NCBI GenBank assembly: GCA_019358915.1 | Contig: JAHHIM010000073.1 | Location: 256,001-320,000 of the forward strand | DNA: 64,000 bases | Direction of reading: 5' to 3' | Source of the DNA: Trichormus sp. ATA11-4-KO1 | Lineage (GTDB): Bacteria > Cyanobacteriota > Cyanobacteriia > Cyanobacteriales > Nostocaceae | Shown here: in pieces, positions 10,683-21,283 of the stretch | Position numbering within the stretch: position 1 is the stretch's first letter | Layout of the letters: each line of letters starts with the position of its first letter | The notes under the pieces: model-generated | Told to the model about the DNA's origin: nothing | Databases searched by the model: none | What the model saw: the letters and a program-made list of their open reading frames with translations, nothing else | Made by a program: the position numbers and the translations under genes

Positions 10683-12410
10683 ATGCTGGAACATGATGTG
10701 ATTATTGTCGGTGGTGGATTGGCGGGATGTCGCGCTGCTGTGGAAATTGCGCGAACTGATCCTAGTTTAAATATTGCTGTGGTTGCTAAAACCCACCCAA
10801 TACGTTCTCATTCGGTCGCAGCCCAAGGTGGTATGGCAGCGTCATTAAAAAATGTTGATTCAGCAGATAGTTGGGAATCACATGCTTTTGATACTGTCAA
10901 GGGTTCTGACTACTTGGCAGACCAAGATGCCGTGGCAATTCTCGCCCAGGAAGCCCCGGATGTGGTGATAGATCTGGAACACATGGGTGTTTTGTTCTCT
11001 CGTTTGCCTGATGGTCGTATTGCCCAACGGGCTTTTGGGGGACATTCTCACAACCGCACCTGTTACGCTGCTGATAAGACTGGTCACGCGATTTTACACG
11101 AATTGGTGAATAACTTGCGGCGTTACGGTGTGCAAATTTATCAGGAGTGGTACGTAATGCGCCTGATTTTAGAATCAGGTCAGGCGAAGGGTGTAGTGAT
11201 GTTCCATCTTTTGGATGGGCATATTGAGGTGCTACGGGCGAAGGCAGTCATGTTTGCGACTGGCGGCTATGGTCGCGTTTATAATACTACCTCTAATGAT
11301 TATGCTTCTACTGGTGATGGTCTAGCAATGACTGCGATCGCGGGTTTGCCTTTAGAAGATATGGAATTTGTCCAATTTCATCCCACTGGCTTGTATCCAG
11401 TAGGGGTGCTGATTTCCGAAGCAGTACGAGGAGAAGGGGCGTATCTAATTAATAGTGCAGGCGATCGCTTTATGGCCAATTACGCACCTAGTCGCATGGA
11501 ACTAGCTCCTCGTGATATTACCTCACGGGCGATCGCTTACGAAATTCGTGCTGGTCGGGGGATTCATCCCGATGGAAGTGCAGGCGGCCCCTTTGTTTAT
11601 CTTGACCTGCGCCACATGGGCAAAGAAAAAATTATGAGCCGTGTCCCTTTCTGTTGGGAAGAAGCCCATCGCCTCGTCGGTGTAGATGCAGTAACTCAAC
11701 CAATGCCAGTCCGCCCCACAAATCACTATTGTATGGGTGGTATCCCTGTGAACACTAATGGTCAAGTCCGCAGCAGTGGCGATAGTTTAGTTGATGGCTT
11801 CTTTGCGGCTGGGGAAACTGCTTGCGTGTCTGTACACGGTGCCAATCGCCTCGGTAGTAACTCGCTACTCGAATGTGTAGTTTATGGTAAGCGCACTGGG
11901 GCAGCGATCGCTCAATATGTGCAAAAACGGAAGTTACCTGCTGTAGACGCGCAACGTTACATTAACGAAGCACAGCAACAAATCCGACTCTTACTAGAAC
12001 AGCCAGGAAAATATCGTATTAACCAAGTTCGTCAAGCCTTTCAAGATTGCATGACAGAGTATTGTGGTGTTTTTCGCACCGAAGAATTAATGCGTGAAGG
12101 CTGGCAAAAAATAGCCCAATTGCAACAGCAATATTCTGATATTTTTTTAGATGATAAAGGTAGTTGTTGGAATACAGAACTTGTGGAAGCCTTAGAACTG
12201 CGGAGTTTGATCGTAGTAGGACAAACAATTATGGCATCAGCCCTAAATCGCCAAGAAAGTCGGGGCGCACATTTCCGCGAAGATTATCCCCAGCGAGATG
12301 ATGCTAATTTCCTGCAACACACAATGGCTTACTATTCACCAGCAGGAATTGATATTCAATATCGCCCAGTAGCAATTACTATGTTTGAGCCAAAAGAGCG
12401 CAAGTATTAA
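10683..12410 (+). CDS. sdhA: Succinate dehydrogenase/fumarate reductase flavoprotein subunit
   Basis: RSHSVAAQGG covalent FAD His, QFHPT, SEAVRGEG, HGANRLGSNSL, ESRGAH. Confidence 0.95.
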   Translation: MLEHDVIIVGGGLAGCRAAVEIARTDPSLNIAVVAKTHPIRSHSVAAQGGMAASLKNVDSADSWESHAFDTVKGSDYLADQDAVAILAQEAPDVVIDLEHMGVLFSRLPDGRIAQRAFGGHSHNRTCYAADKTGHAILHELVNNLRRYGVQIYQEWYVMRLILESGQAKGVVMFHLLDGHIEVLRAKAVMFATGGYGRVYNTTSNDYASTGDGLAMTAIAGLPLEDMEFVQFHPTGLYPVGVLISEAVRGEGAYLINSAGDRFMANYAPSRMELAPRDITSRAIAYEIRAGRGIHPDGSAGGPFVYLDLRHMGKEKIMSRVPFCWEEAHRLVGVDAVTQPMPVRPTNHYCMGGIPVNTNGQVRSSGDSLVDGFFAAGETACVSVHGANRLGSNSLLECVVYGKRTGAAIAQYVQKRKLPAVDAQRYINEAQQQIRLLLEQPGKYRINQVRQAFQDCMTEYCGVFRTEELMREGWQKIAQLQQQYSDIFLDDKGSCWNTELVEALELRSLIVVGQTIMASALNRQESRGAHFREDYPQRDDANFLQHTMAYYSPAGIDIQYRPVAITMFEPKERKY

Positions 12411-12432
12411 ATTCAGAACATTATAGGGGATA

Positions 12433-12563
12433 TAAGTAGGTAGGCACAAATAAAATCAACTATGTAAAGAAAAATGAATCAGCTTAAAACCCTCTTCCCT
12501 TCTGCCTCCTGCCTTCTGCCTTCTGCCTTATCCTAGCGATAAATTTTCCCACCCACCTACTTA
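12433..12563. mobile_element. 131-bp MITE family A, copy 3
   Basis: Identical to copy 2; TA at both ends; lies between the ATAGGGGA and TTCCCTAT arms of a hairpin. Confidence 0.9.
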
Positions 12564-12918
12564 ATTATTCCCTATCTTATGACCAGACGTTAACTTTTAG
12601 ACCCAATTGCACTTGAACTAAGAAATAGCATAATTATATCAGTCAAATAGATAGGCAATCATCATGATTATTGATGATGTAGATTGATATTTTTTTATTT
12701 ACTAAAAGAATTTATGTGTGAAAATCTTGACATATAGCAATTCATCTTAGTTGTGATAGCTTGCGTGGCGTAGCTATAAATCATCTTTACAAACCTGCCA
12801 AGTACGCCAATAAAAGCCAGCTAAAAAATGAACTTTCATGAATCATTTGGGATTGCTATATGAATCAAAAGTTAGGTTCAGTTACTCAAAATTTACTGTC
12901 TGGGAAAGCTCAAAAGTT

Positions 12919-13422
12919 ATGAGAAGAATGCTCGCTCAATCTGTCCTATCATCAGTTTTTGGAACCACACTTGCTTTTTCAAATATCGTGCCAATTCCTG
13001 CCCAAGCCCAAACTAGCTGTCCTACAGTCACGAGGCCAGAAATTGCCGACCTTTTCAACCGATGGAACAACTCTTTAAAAACGGGTGATCCAAATGCAGT
13101 CGTCCGCAACTATGCCAGAAATGGAGTTTTGTTGCCGACAGTTTCCAACAAAGTGCGACGAAATCATGATGAAATTAAAGACTACTTTGTGCAATTCTTG
13201 GCACTTAAACCCGTAGGGAAAATTAATTACCGCAACATTCGCCTTTATTGTGGTGTCGCTATTGATTCAGGAACTTATACATTTACCCTGACAAACAACG
13301 GACGAACTGAGCAAGTTGCAGCACGATACACATTTGTGTATAACAAAGTCGGCGATAGATGGCTAATAGCAGAACACCACTCTTCAGCTATGCCAGAAAG
13401 CATTGCTGCCAGCCCTCAATAA
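12919..13422 (+). CDS. Secreted SgcJ/EcaC (CaMKII-association-domain fold) protein, iota-carbonic-anhydrase-like
   Basis: Signal peptide (AQA), LFNRWNNSL, VLLPTVS, DSGTYTF, ARYTFVY, terminal HHSSAMPE. Confidence 0.8.
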   Translation: MRRMLAQSVLSSVFGTTLAFSNIVPIPAQAQTSCPTVTRPEIADLFNRWNNSLKTGDPNAVVRNYARNGVLLPTVSNKVRRNHDEIKDYFVQFLALKPVGKINYRNIRLYCGVAIDSGTYTFTLTNNGRTEQVAARYTFVYNKVGDRWLIAEHHSSAMPESIAASPQ

Positions 13423-13462
13423 GTATTGTGCTACTTTTTTGCGAGAGTCAGATGGGATTAAA

Positions 13463-13584
13463 TATAGCCGTAGTCACATAGATTAGGTTATTATTGATTG
13501 CTCAAAGCACTGAAGCGATTGGGTTTATACTCAGCACTCCCCTTCGACTTCGCTCAGGGCCAGCGCACTCAGCACTTTGCTATA
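13463..13584. repeat. TATAGC...GCTATA-bounded MITE-like element with (ACTCAGC)n and a nested short palindrome
   Basis: TATAGCCGTAGTCACATAGATTAGG...CTTTGCTATA; CCCTTCGACTTCGCTCAGGG inserted into ACTCAGC units. Confidence 0.5.
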
Positions 13585-13598
13585 ACAGCGAATCGAGC

Positions 13599-13627
13599 TT
13601 GACTTCTGTCTGTCCGAGATGTATGAT
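13599..13627 (+). promoter_or_regulatory. Sigma70-type promoter for the riboswitch and UPF0016 gene
   Basis: TTGACT-N17-TATGAT, 12 nt before the aptamer. Confidence 0.75.
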
Positions 13628-13639
13628 TCCAATCACATA

Positions 13640-13757
13640 GAAGGGGAGTAGCTACTGGCAACAAATCAGAATTGAAATGCCAGTGCATCTGAATCAACAT
13701 ACTGGCAATAAGCCTGGTTCAGTTGACAAGTAATTAACATTTGGAAGCGAGACCTTC
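13640..13757 (+). ncRNA. yybP-ykoY manganese riboswitch aptamer
   Basis: GAAGGGGAGTAGC...TCAACATACTGGCAATAAGCCTGGTT...AGCGAGACCTTC; P1 GAAGG/CCTTC; sits upstream of a UPF0016 Mn exporter; downstream hairpin CACTGACTTCACAC/GTGTGAGTTTCAGTG. Confidence 0.85.
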
Positions 13758-13855
13758 ACTGACTTCACACCAAAAACGTGTGTGAGTTTCAGTGAGGTAT
13801 TGTTTGTCTCCTTGAAGCTCCACACAGGAAAAAATCTTTCAGGAGCTTTGAGACA

Positions 13856-14476
13856 GTGCTAACAGCATTTACCGCAGGTTTATTACTAATTACAGTTTCA
13901 GAATTAGGCGATAAAACATTTTTTATCGCTGTAATATTGGCAATGCGTCACTCGCGACGGCTAGTATTCACTGGTGTAACACTGGCTTTAGCGGCGATGA
14001 CAATCCTTTCGGTAATATTTGGGAAAGTAGTATCTTTATTGCCAAAAGTTTATATTCATTACGCTGCAATAGCTTTATTTATTATTTTTGGTTTTAAGCT
14101 GCTGTATGAAGCCAGTCAGATGCCTTCCTCTAGTTGTGATACAGAAGTTGTCGATGAGGCAAAAGAAGCAGTAGAAAAAGCTGATGCACAGCTACCAAAG
14201 CAAAAAACTTCCTTAGCAATTTTAATAGAAGCCTTCGTACTCACATTTTTAGCAGAGTGGGGCGATCGCACACAAATTGCCACCATCGCCCTAGCAGCAA
14301 GATATAACGCCATTGGCGTAGCTGTCGGTGCTGTGTTAGGACACGCAATTTGTACAGCGATCGCCGTGATTGGTGGCAGAATCATTGCTGGACGCATTTC
14401 TGAGCGTCAACTCACCCTCGCTGGTGGATGTCTGTTTCTGATTTTTGGTATCCTTGCTGCCGTAGAAGGAGCTTAA
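13856..14476 (+). CDS. UPF0016/TMEM165/GDT1 family Mn2+ exporter (Mnx-like)
   Basis: Two E-x-G-D-(K/R)-T motifs (ELGDKT, EWGDRT); GTG start after AGGAG. Confidence 0.92.
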   Translation: MLTAFTAGLLLITVSELGDKTFFIAVILAMRHSRRLVFTGVTLALAAMTILSVIFGKVVSLLPKVYIHYAAIALFIIFGFKLLYEASQMPSSSCDTEVVDEAKEAVEKADAQLPKQKTSLAILIEAFVLTFLAEWGDRTQIATIALAARYNAIGVAVGAVLGHAICTAIAVIGGRIIAGRISERQLTLAGGCLFLIFGILAAVEGA

Positions 14477-14539
14477 TGGAGTGGGGGATGGGGGGAGAAG
14501 AACTTAATATTAGTAATCTTCCCTTGTCCCCTTGTCCCC

Positions 14540-15394
14540 TCACTCCTTATCAGGTGAAGCCGCAGGACTAGGAGTCGGTGAGGTCGCCGCTTTGTTAATT
14601 TCGTCTTTGTACTGAGCAGGTGCTAAAGCCAAGGCGCTATCAAACAAAGGTTTTGCTTCTGTGACTTTACCCTGTTCCTTGAGCAGCATGGCTTTGGCTA
14701 AAACTGGGCGAAAGTCCTTCGGGTCTTTCTTGATGGCTTGGTCATATACAGAGGTCGCTTGCGGATAGCGTTTTTGAGAAGCGTGAACAGTACCTAATAG
14801 CACCTGTACAGCCACCGTATCCACACTTCCAGGCTGAATTGTATTGATCTGGGCTGCATTAGAGAGGGTTTCTTGCAGCAAACCAATAGCTGCTTCTGGA
14901 CGTTGTTGATTTAACAACAAAGCTACCATTCCCTGCAAAGCCTTCAAGTCACCAGGTTTCGTATCTAAAATCGAGCGATAAGCTTGAGCAGCTCCTTCAT
15001 TGTCACCAATTTGCTGCTTTGCTTGAGCTAGTAAAACTCCATATTCCGACTGTTCTGGATTGAGTTTAGCTAGCTTTTCTAAAGGTTCAATTACCCCATT
15101 AATATTGCCTTGTTTTAAACTTAGGAGTTGTAACCGCGCCTGCAATAAACCTTTGAGCGCAGTTTGATTTTCTGGTTCCCGTTGCAAAACCAGTTCATAA
15201 CCCCGTACTTCATCTTCTAGTTTTGATTTTTGCTCAGAGGAAGGTACGCCACTCCTAGTGCTAGCGGCCTCCTGATTTGAGGGTGACGTATTATTCAAGG
15301 CGCCAATAATAGGAATCACCGAAACGCCCACAAAAGCAAGAACTGCCAGCGCTAAAATGATCCTAACTATCCAACGATTGCGCGGTTGAGACAC
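14540..15394 (-). CDS. Membrane-anchored TPR protein
   Basis: N-terminal TM, GYELVLQREPEN, TPR helices, DFRPVLAKA. Confidence 0.85.
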   Translation of the reverse strand: MSQPRNRWIVRIILALAVLAFVGVSVIPIIGALNNTSPSNQEAASTRSGVPSSEQKSKLEDEVRGYELVLQREPENQTALKGLLQARLQLLSLKQGNINGVIEPLEKLAKLNPEQSEYGVLLAQAKQQIGDNEGAAQAYRSILDTKPGDLKALQGMVALLLNQQRPEAAIGLLQETLSNAAQINTIQPGSVDTVAVQVLLGTVHASQKRYPQATSVYDQAIKKDPKDFRPVLAKAMLLKEQGKVTEAKPLFDSALALAPAQYKDEINKAATSPTPSPAASPDKE

Positions 15395-15768
15395 AGTTTT
15401 GTCTTACTCCAGAATTCTAACGACATGATAATTTACATCTATCGGAAAGCTAAAAATTTCCAAAACTTTGCGGAATACCGCCAATTGCCTGTGAATTTTA
15501 TAACAAATAACTATTCACACTGCTAAAGTAAGTGATGACTTTAGGAGGAGCCGTCAGAATTGTACTTATGATATGCTTCCGAAACTAGTGTAAAGGCGCT
15601 AGATTACATTAGCGTATAAATGGAAATTTAGCGTCTTTACCATTGTATTGGGCGCTCTGGTGTAGGTTTGTGAAAAGCAAATATACTTTCATCAACCACA
15701 CAAACGCTCTTTCGAGCTACCTTCGTAAAATCCCACAATGGGATGTGTCTCCGCCGCAAGGAGTTTTT

Positions 15769-16782
15769 ATGAATTCCGACCTGATGCCTTCGCCTGAATC
15801 GTCCAACTCTCCTGCCGACCATCAGCCTCAAGCCAATAAAGAGGCATCTGCTAATGTTCATACAGTAGCAGCCCAGTCCTCTAAAATTGAAAATTCGTCC
15901 GTTAACCCTAGCGAGACTGGCTCAAACGGGAATTTAGCTAATCGGCAACAACCGATTCCGCCTCCCAGTGAACCAATGCAGTATCGAGCAATCGGCTTAG
16001 TCCGTGGTCGCTACTGTGCTAGCAGCGAACAATTTACTCAAGGTACGCTGCTCACCGCAGATGGTGTAGAACTCAACGCCGTCCTCCTCGGCCGGATTAT
16101 GAGCTTAGTCAAGAATCACCTAGATTTAGAAAAAGATCATTTGTGGGTAGTTTATCCACGCACACGCCAAGAAAACGACACCTTGCACATCCAAATTGTT
16201 GGGGTTTGGGAGCCAGAAAATCTGGCTAAACAGCCAACAGATGAGGATGAGCAAGATTCGGGATCACAACAGTTGCAGACAACCGATGATGACGTACCCG
16301 AAAACCAAGAAGAATCAACAAATGAACTGATATCTTCCTCCGAACTGCCTGATGGTAGTTTTTCCGTGCGTGGCGAGGTAGTTTATCAGTCTTTTGACGC
16401 TAAAAGTTTAGTTGTCAAGATTAAGCAGGCTCCGCGCAAACCAACTGATAAACCCAAATATTTTAAGTTGAAACTGCGCGGTGTCCTCACCACCAAAGCC
16501 GTCGGCAAGTTTTGGGACTTTAAAGCCAAACGAGAAGCTGACGTATTGGTAGTAGAAAATGCCGAAGCGATCGCTGATTTGCCTAAAAAACGCAGACCAC
16601 CGTTCAAAGGTGGCCCTCGTAGTGGCGGTGGCTCTGGGAGGAAACCCTTTCCCCCCAGACGCAGTGGGGAAACACCAAAACCAATCAAGAAAACAGCCGG
16701 CGATTCCTCGGTGGTATCAAAACCCATACCAAAAACGCCTGCGCCTAAGCCGATTAAACGGCCAAAGCCAACCCAGGAGTAG
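15769..16782 (+). CDS. Conserved cyanobacterial hypothetical protein with basic Pro/Lys tail
   Basis: QYRAIGLVRGRY, HLWVVYPRT, FSVRGEV; AAGGAG SD before ATG 15769. Confidence 0.75.
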   Translation: MNSDLMPSPESSNSPADHQPQANKEASANVHTVAAQSSKIENSSVNPSETGSNGNLANRQQPIPPPSEPMQYRAIGLVRGRYCASSEQFTQGTLLTADGVELNAVLLGRIMSLVKNHLDLEKDHLWVVYPRTRQENDTLHIQIVGVWEPENLAKQPTDEDEQDSGSQQLQTTDDDVPENQEESTNELISSSELPDGSFSVRGEVVYQSFDAKSLVVKIKQAPRKPTDKPKYFKLKLRGVLTTKAVGKFWDFKAKREADVLVVENAEAIADLPKKRRPPFKGGPRSGGGSGRKPFPPRRSGETPKPIKKTAGDSSVVSKPIPKTPAPKPIKRPKPTQE

Positions 16783-16818
16783 TGCTGAGTGCTGAGTGCT
16801 GAGTGCTGAGTGCTGAGT
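16781..16818. repeat. STRR heptamer tandem (AGTGCTG)x5
   Basis: Direct tandem between convergent genes. Confidence 0.9.
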
Positions 16819-16850
16819 AAAAGAAAAACTCAGGACTCTACACTCAGAGC

Positions 16851-18020
16851 TTAAAAATCCGTCCAGCGATCTTGGGGTAAAAACGATCGCTCCAGCGAAA
16901 TTGGCGCAACTGGTTCTGTCAGGGTAAAAGTACCTGCTTCAATCCATTGTTTTAACTCTATGGCGATTTGCCGAGAAAAAAACAAACTGGCTAGGGGAGC
17001 AGTTCTCACGGTTTTGCCCTCAATGGTGACACGCCCAGACTTGAGTTGGGCGTAACTCACCAAACCAAAGGTAGGTCGGACGCGTCGAGGAATAGAAAAG
17101 TCCACTATTGGCGCTACTAAATCTTTGTCTTGGACTCCACAGCATTTAACTACTTCTTCGTTTAATACCGGGAGTGGGACTCCTACGCCCAACATCAACG
17201 AAGGTCCATAACTTTTAAAGTAACAACCCCGCACCCAACGCGCATCCATTTGTTTAGCATCACCGATTAAGGCTAAAGTGGCAGCCGGCCCAATGGGTGT
17301 ACGATTGGGCAAACGCTTTTGTAAGGGGAAGTGCTGAGTGCCTTCCCAAGCGACATAGCCAATACCGCCACCTAAAAAAATCCGCGTGCCAATGCCAATA
17401 AGTTGTAGATCGGGGTCGTTAAGTAAAGGGGAAACCGCACCAGGGTTAGAGTAAACGGCATTTGCCAAACTAGGTTGTAAGGGGCCAAGATAAGTAAAAA
17501 GCGGGCGATCGCCTCCGTTCACACCTACGATAAAATTTTGATAAAGATTGCGCGGATTGAATAAATAAAACTGATTAATTGTGTCACGGGTGATAGTAGT
17601 TTCAAAAGTCGCCCGTGGGTAACAATCTGTTACTTGTCCTTGCGCTCTGACGTGTACAGGTTTACCTGCGATTAAATCTTCTATGACATGACCGCCGCCA
17701 CGTTCCCGAATCTCTTCCCCATCTATGACATCTACAGGACAACTAACACCCAAATATAAATCTACTGCCCCAAATCCAGAGTATGTTGGCACGCCATCAA
17801 TCCAGCAGCGCCGAATTTTGATTGGTGGGTCAGTGTGTCCCAGGTTAATGATGGCACCACTTGATTCCATCGGCTCAAATGTGCCAGTAGTAATTACATC
17901 AACTTCTTTGGCAACTTTGCTGACACCGAGTTCGGCAACTCGTGCTTTTAATTCTTCAATCGTCAACACCACCGCACGTTGACAACTGATTTTCTCATTA
18001 ATTTCGGCAATTGTTCGCAT
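16851..18020 (-). CDS. Homocysteine biosynthesis protein (aspartate-semialdehyde sulfurtransferase, DUF39)
   Basis: MRTIAEINEKI, VDVITTGTF, GGGHVIEDL, TDCYPR, NPRNLYQN, GTRIFLGG. Confidence 0.88.
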   Translation of the reverse strand: MRTIAEINEKISCQRAVVLTIEELKARVAELGVSKVAKEVDVITTGTFEPMESSGAIINLGHTDPPIKIRRCWIDGVPTYSGFGAVDLYLGVSCPVDVIDGEEIRERGGGHVIEDLIAGKPVHVRAQGQVTDCYPRATFETTITRDTINQFYLFNPRNLYQNFIVGVNGGDRPLFTYLGPLQPSLANAVYSNPGAVSPLLNDPDLQLIGIGTRIFLGGGIGYVAWEGTQHFPLQKRLPNRTPIGPAATLALIGDAKQMDARWVRGCYFKSYGPSLMLGVGVPLPVLNEEVVKCCGVQDKDLVAPIVDFSIPRRVRPTFGLVSYAQLKSGRVTIEGKTVRTAPLASLFFSRQIAIELKQWIEAGTFTLTEPVAPISLERSFLPQDRWTDF

Positions 18021-18040
18021 TTAATAATTTTTTCATAAAA

Positions 18041-18066
18041 AACCGCCAAGATGCCAAGACGCCAAG
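18041..18066 (+). repeat. AACCGCCAAG-type dispersed repeat
   Basis: AACCGCCAAGATGCCAAGACGCCAAG, related to the copies at 28576, 31553, 54684 and 58655. Confidence 0.7.
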
Positions 18067-18217
18067 AAAAGAAAAGCTAGTAAGAAAGATTGTTCTACAA
18101 TTTCAACGTAGTAGGATTATTCAAGATGCATAAAGAGGCTAGGGGCTAAAGGCTAGATACTAGATACTAGTATTCTCACTCAGCACTCAGCACTATTTCA
18201 ACAAGTAAACACACTCC

Positions 18218-20656
18218 ATGCGTATTTCTCTAAATTGGCTGCGGGAACTGGTAGAAATTAAACTTAGTCCGGAAGAATTAGCCGAAACTCTGACAATGGC
18301 TGGTTTTGAAGTAGAAGATATTGAAGACCGGCGCACTTGGGCAAATGGTGTTGTTGTGGGGAAAGTGCTGGAGCGTCAACCCCACCCCAACGCTGATAAA
18401 TTAAGTGTTTGCCAAGTGGATGTTGGTGTATCTGAGACTTTGAATATTGTCTGTGGTGCTACCAATGTCCGGGCGGATATTTATGTACCGGTGGCAACTA
18501 CGGGCACTTATTTACCAAATATTGATTTAAAAATTAAGCCTGCAAAGCTACGTGGTGTACCATCTCAAGGCATGATTTGTTCTTTAAAGGAACTGGGTTT
18601 GCCTACTGATGTAGACGGAATTCATATTTTTTCTCAGGAAAATTTGCCATTGGGTAGTGATGTCCGTCCATTGTTGGGTTTAGATGACGTAATTTTAGAT
18701 GTTACCGCAACTGCTAACCGTGCTGATGCTCTGAGTATGGTGGGGATAGCGCGGGAAGTCGCAGCTTTGACGGGTGGTAAGTTGAGTATTCCTGAATTAG
18801 GTGAAATCCCAATTCCCCAAGGTGGCGGAAATTTAGCTTTAAGCATTGCCAATCAGCAAGCTTGCCCAGCTTACATTGGTACGGTAATTTCACAGGTGAA
18901 AATTGCCCCGTCTCCTGATTGGTTGCAACAGCGTTTACGGGCGGCTGGGGTAAGACCTATCAATAATGTGGTGGATATTACTAACTATGTGTTATTGGAA
19001 TGGGGACAACCACTACACGCCTTTGACAAAGAACGTCTACAATCTGTTGCTGGTAGTGATGAAGATTTAACTATCGGTGTTCGCTTCGCTGTTTCTGGGG
19101 AATCTTTTAAAACCCTGGATGGACAAACTCGTACTCTGACAACCCAAAATTTGTTAATCACTGCGAATGAAAAACCTGTGGCCCTAGCAGGAGTTATGGG
19201 GGGAGAAGAAACGGAAGTTCATGCAGGGACTCAAAGCATAGTTTTAGAAGCAGCGTTATTTGATTCTGTAGCAATTCGTCGTTCTTCCCGGAGTGTGGGT
19301 TTAAGAAGCGAGTCTTCTGGGAGATACGAACGGGGAGTGAACCGGGCTGAGTTGGAAGTCGCCTGTAATCGCGCTTTATCACTCCTGAGCGAACTGGCTG
19401 ATGGGGTAATTGTCCAGCAGGAAATAGCTGATACTCGCCCAGATCCAGCTACTTGGAGTCGTTCTATCGCCCTGCGTTTAGATAGAGTGAATCAGGTGTT
19501 AGGGCCAGTGGATTTGGGAGAGGAAACAGGAGAAATCACACAAGCAGATGTTGAGCGCATTTTAACTGCACTGGGATGTCGGGTGACTCCGTCAGGAGAG
19601 AGGACTTGGACGGTGACTGCGCCGCCTTATCGTTACCGCGATTTAGAACGGGAAATTGACTTGATTGAAGAACTAGCCCGTCTCTATGGCTATGACAATT
19701 TTTGTGATACTCTCCCAGAAAAGTCGGAAGCTGGTTATTTACCTTTAGATCAAGAACTAATCCGCAAGTTACGCGCCTTTCTGCGGGCAGAAGGATTAAC
19801 AGAAGTCATCCATTATTCTTTGGTCAAACCAGGGGATGACAGACAAATCGTATTGAGCAACCCCTTATTTGTAGAATATTCGGCACTGCGAACCGATTTG
19901 ATATCTGGGTTAATTGATGCTTTTCAATATAACTTAGAGCAAGGAAACGGTTCGCTCAATGGTTTCGACCTGGGGCGAATTTTCTGGCAAGAGGAAGACG
20001 GTTTGCAAGAAACAGATGCGATCGCGGGGATTATGGGAGGCGATCGCACCGTTGGTAAATGGTCAAAAGGCAGTCGTGAACAGCCGATGACCTGGTTTGA
20101 AGCCAAAGGTATTTTAGAAAGTGTCTTTCTGCAACTAGGGTTACAAGTAGAATATCAACCCGATCGCCGCGATGAGCGCTTACATCCAGGACGCAGCGCC
20201 TCCTTGTGGGTGGGGGGTAACAGACTGGGTATTTTTGGTCAACTTCATCCCCAACTGCGACAGGATAAGGGTTTACCAGATTACGTCTACGTGTTCCAGT
20301 TAGACGTAAATGTACTTTTGGATGCTCTTGATCAAGATGAAATTCTCGTTCGCACATTTCATCCTTATTCCACCTACCCAGCAAGCGATCGCGATATTGC
20401 CTTTTTTGCACCTGTGAATGTCTTAGTTGCCGACATCGAAAAAGCCATCAATAAAGCTGGCAAAGGTCTGCTGGAATCTGTGGAATTGTTTGATGAATAT
20501 CGCGGTGAAAATGTGCCCCAAGGACAACGCAGTTTAGCATTTCGCTTAATCTATCGAGCAAGCGATCGCACTCTCACTGATGCGGAAGTCGAACCAGTCC
20601 ACAATAAAGTCCGTGAAGCCTTAGTGGAAAAATTTGGCGTTAACTTGAGAAGTTAA
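18218..20656 (+). CDS. pheT: Phenylalanine--tRNA ligase beta subunit
   Basis: [31 protein letters not shown]-terminal FDX-ACB domain ([17 protein letters not shown]). Confidence 0.97.
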   Translation: MRISLNWLRELVEIKLSPEELAETLTMAGFEVEDIEDRRTWANGVVVGKVLERQPHPNADKLSVCQVDVGVSETLNIVCGATNVRADIYVPVATTGTYLPNIDLKIKPAKLRGVPSQGMICSLKELGLPTDVDGIHIFSQENLPLGSDVRPLLGLDDVILDVTATANRADALSMVGIAREVAALTGGKLSIPELGEIPIPQGGGNLALSIANQQACPAYIGTVISQVKIAPSPDWLQQRLRAAGVRPINNVVDITNYVLLEWGQPLHAFDKERLQSVAGSDEDLTIGVRFAVSGESFKTLDGQTRTLTTQNLLITANEKPVALAGVMGGEETEVHAGTQSIVLEAALFDSVAIRRSSRSVGLRSESSGRYERGVNRAELEVACNRALSLLSELADGVIVQQEIADTRPDPATWSRSIALRLDRVNQVLGPVDLGEETGEITQADVERILTALGCRVTPSGERTWTVTAPPYRYRDLEREIDLIEELARLYGYDNFCDTLPEKSEAGYLPLDQELIRKLRAFLRAEGLTEVIHYSLVKPGDDRQIVLSNPLFVEYSALRTDLISGLIDAFQYNLEQGNGSLNGFDLGRIFWQEEDGLQETDAIAGIMGGDRTVGKWSKGSREQPMTWFEAKGILESVFLQLGLQVEYQPDRRDERLHPGRSASLWVGGNRLGIFGQLHPQLRQDKGLPDYVYVFQLDVNVLLDALDQDEILVRTFHPYSTYPASDRDIAFFAPVNVLVADIEKAINKAGKGLLESVELFDEYRGENVPQGQRSLAFRLIYRASDRTLTDAEVEPVHNKVREALVEKFGVNLRS

Positions 20657-20736
20657 TTATCAAGATTTTGGGGTTTGGGATTTAATCTAAAATCCCAAAT
20701 TTCAAACTCAGAGTACAAAGTTTTGTGGTTAATTTA

Positions 20737-20891
20737 AACGTGAATTCGATGAACCTCACCCCAACCCCTCTCCGTGTCGGAGAGGGGCAAAAATCTCCCT
20801 GGTTTTAAACTAAAAATCAAGGTTTCAAAGCCTCTCCCCTTCCAGGGGAGAGGTTTGGAGAGGGGTTTTTTCCACTTGTCGAACTCACGTT
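20737..20891. mobile_element. About 155-bp MITE family B
   Basis: TIRs AACGTGAATTCGA / TCGAACTCACGTT, flanked by AATTTA direct repeats; internal CCCCTCTCC hairpins; second copy at 63618. Confidence 0.8.
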
Positions 20892-20980
20892 AATTTAAAC
20901 TCAACTACTGCTACGGGATAAATAGCCAACCCACCCCTAAATAAATCTCAATTATCAAGCTCATTTATTTTAAAAGCATT

Positions 20981-21283
20981 TTATGAAATAAGCTTCTTCC
21001 TAAAGAAACTATTTTTTTTAATCAGAATATCTTTATTTAAAGTTATTTCTACTCCATCAGAAGCAAAAATCAATAAAGGCAGAATTGAAACAATAAACAA
21101 TACGCTTGATATTTTTAAAGAAATGCTATTTTTTGTTTTAATTTTTTCACTTATAAACCCTCCTTCCAATAGTTCATCTATTGGTAAAACGTCTGAATAG
21201 TCTATTTCTTCATCAGACATCTCAAGCAATTTTTTATGTCTTTCTTGTATTGGCATTTCAACTGAAAACCTATTGTTTTTCAT
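20981..21283 (-). CDS. BrnA-like antitoxin with atypical C-terminus
   Basis: SDEEIDYSD motif; ATG overlaps the brnT 3' end; AT-rich. Confidence 0.55.
   Translation of the reverse strand: MKNNRFSVEMPIQERHKKLLEMSDEEIDYSDVLPIDELLEGGFISEKIKTKNSISLKISSVLFIVSILPLLIFASDGVEITLNKDILIKKNSFFRKKLIS

Noticed and set aside
16781..16818. Heptamer/decamer tandems as a CRISPR array
   Set aside because: No unique spacers, units too short, no cas genes; these are STRRs.
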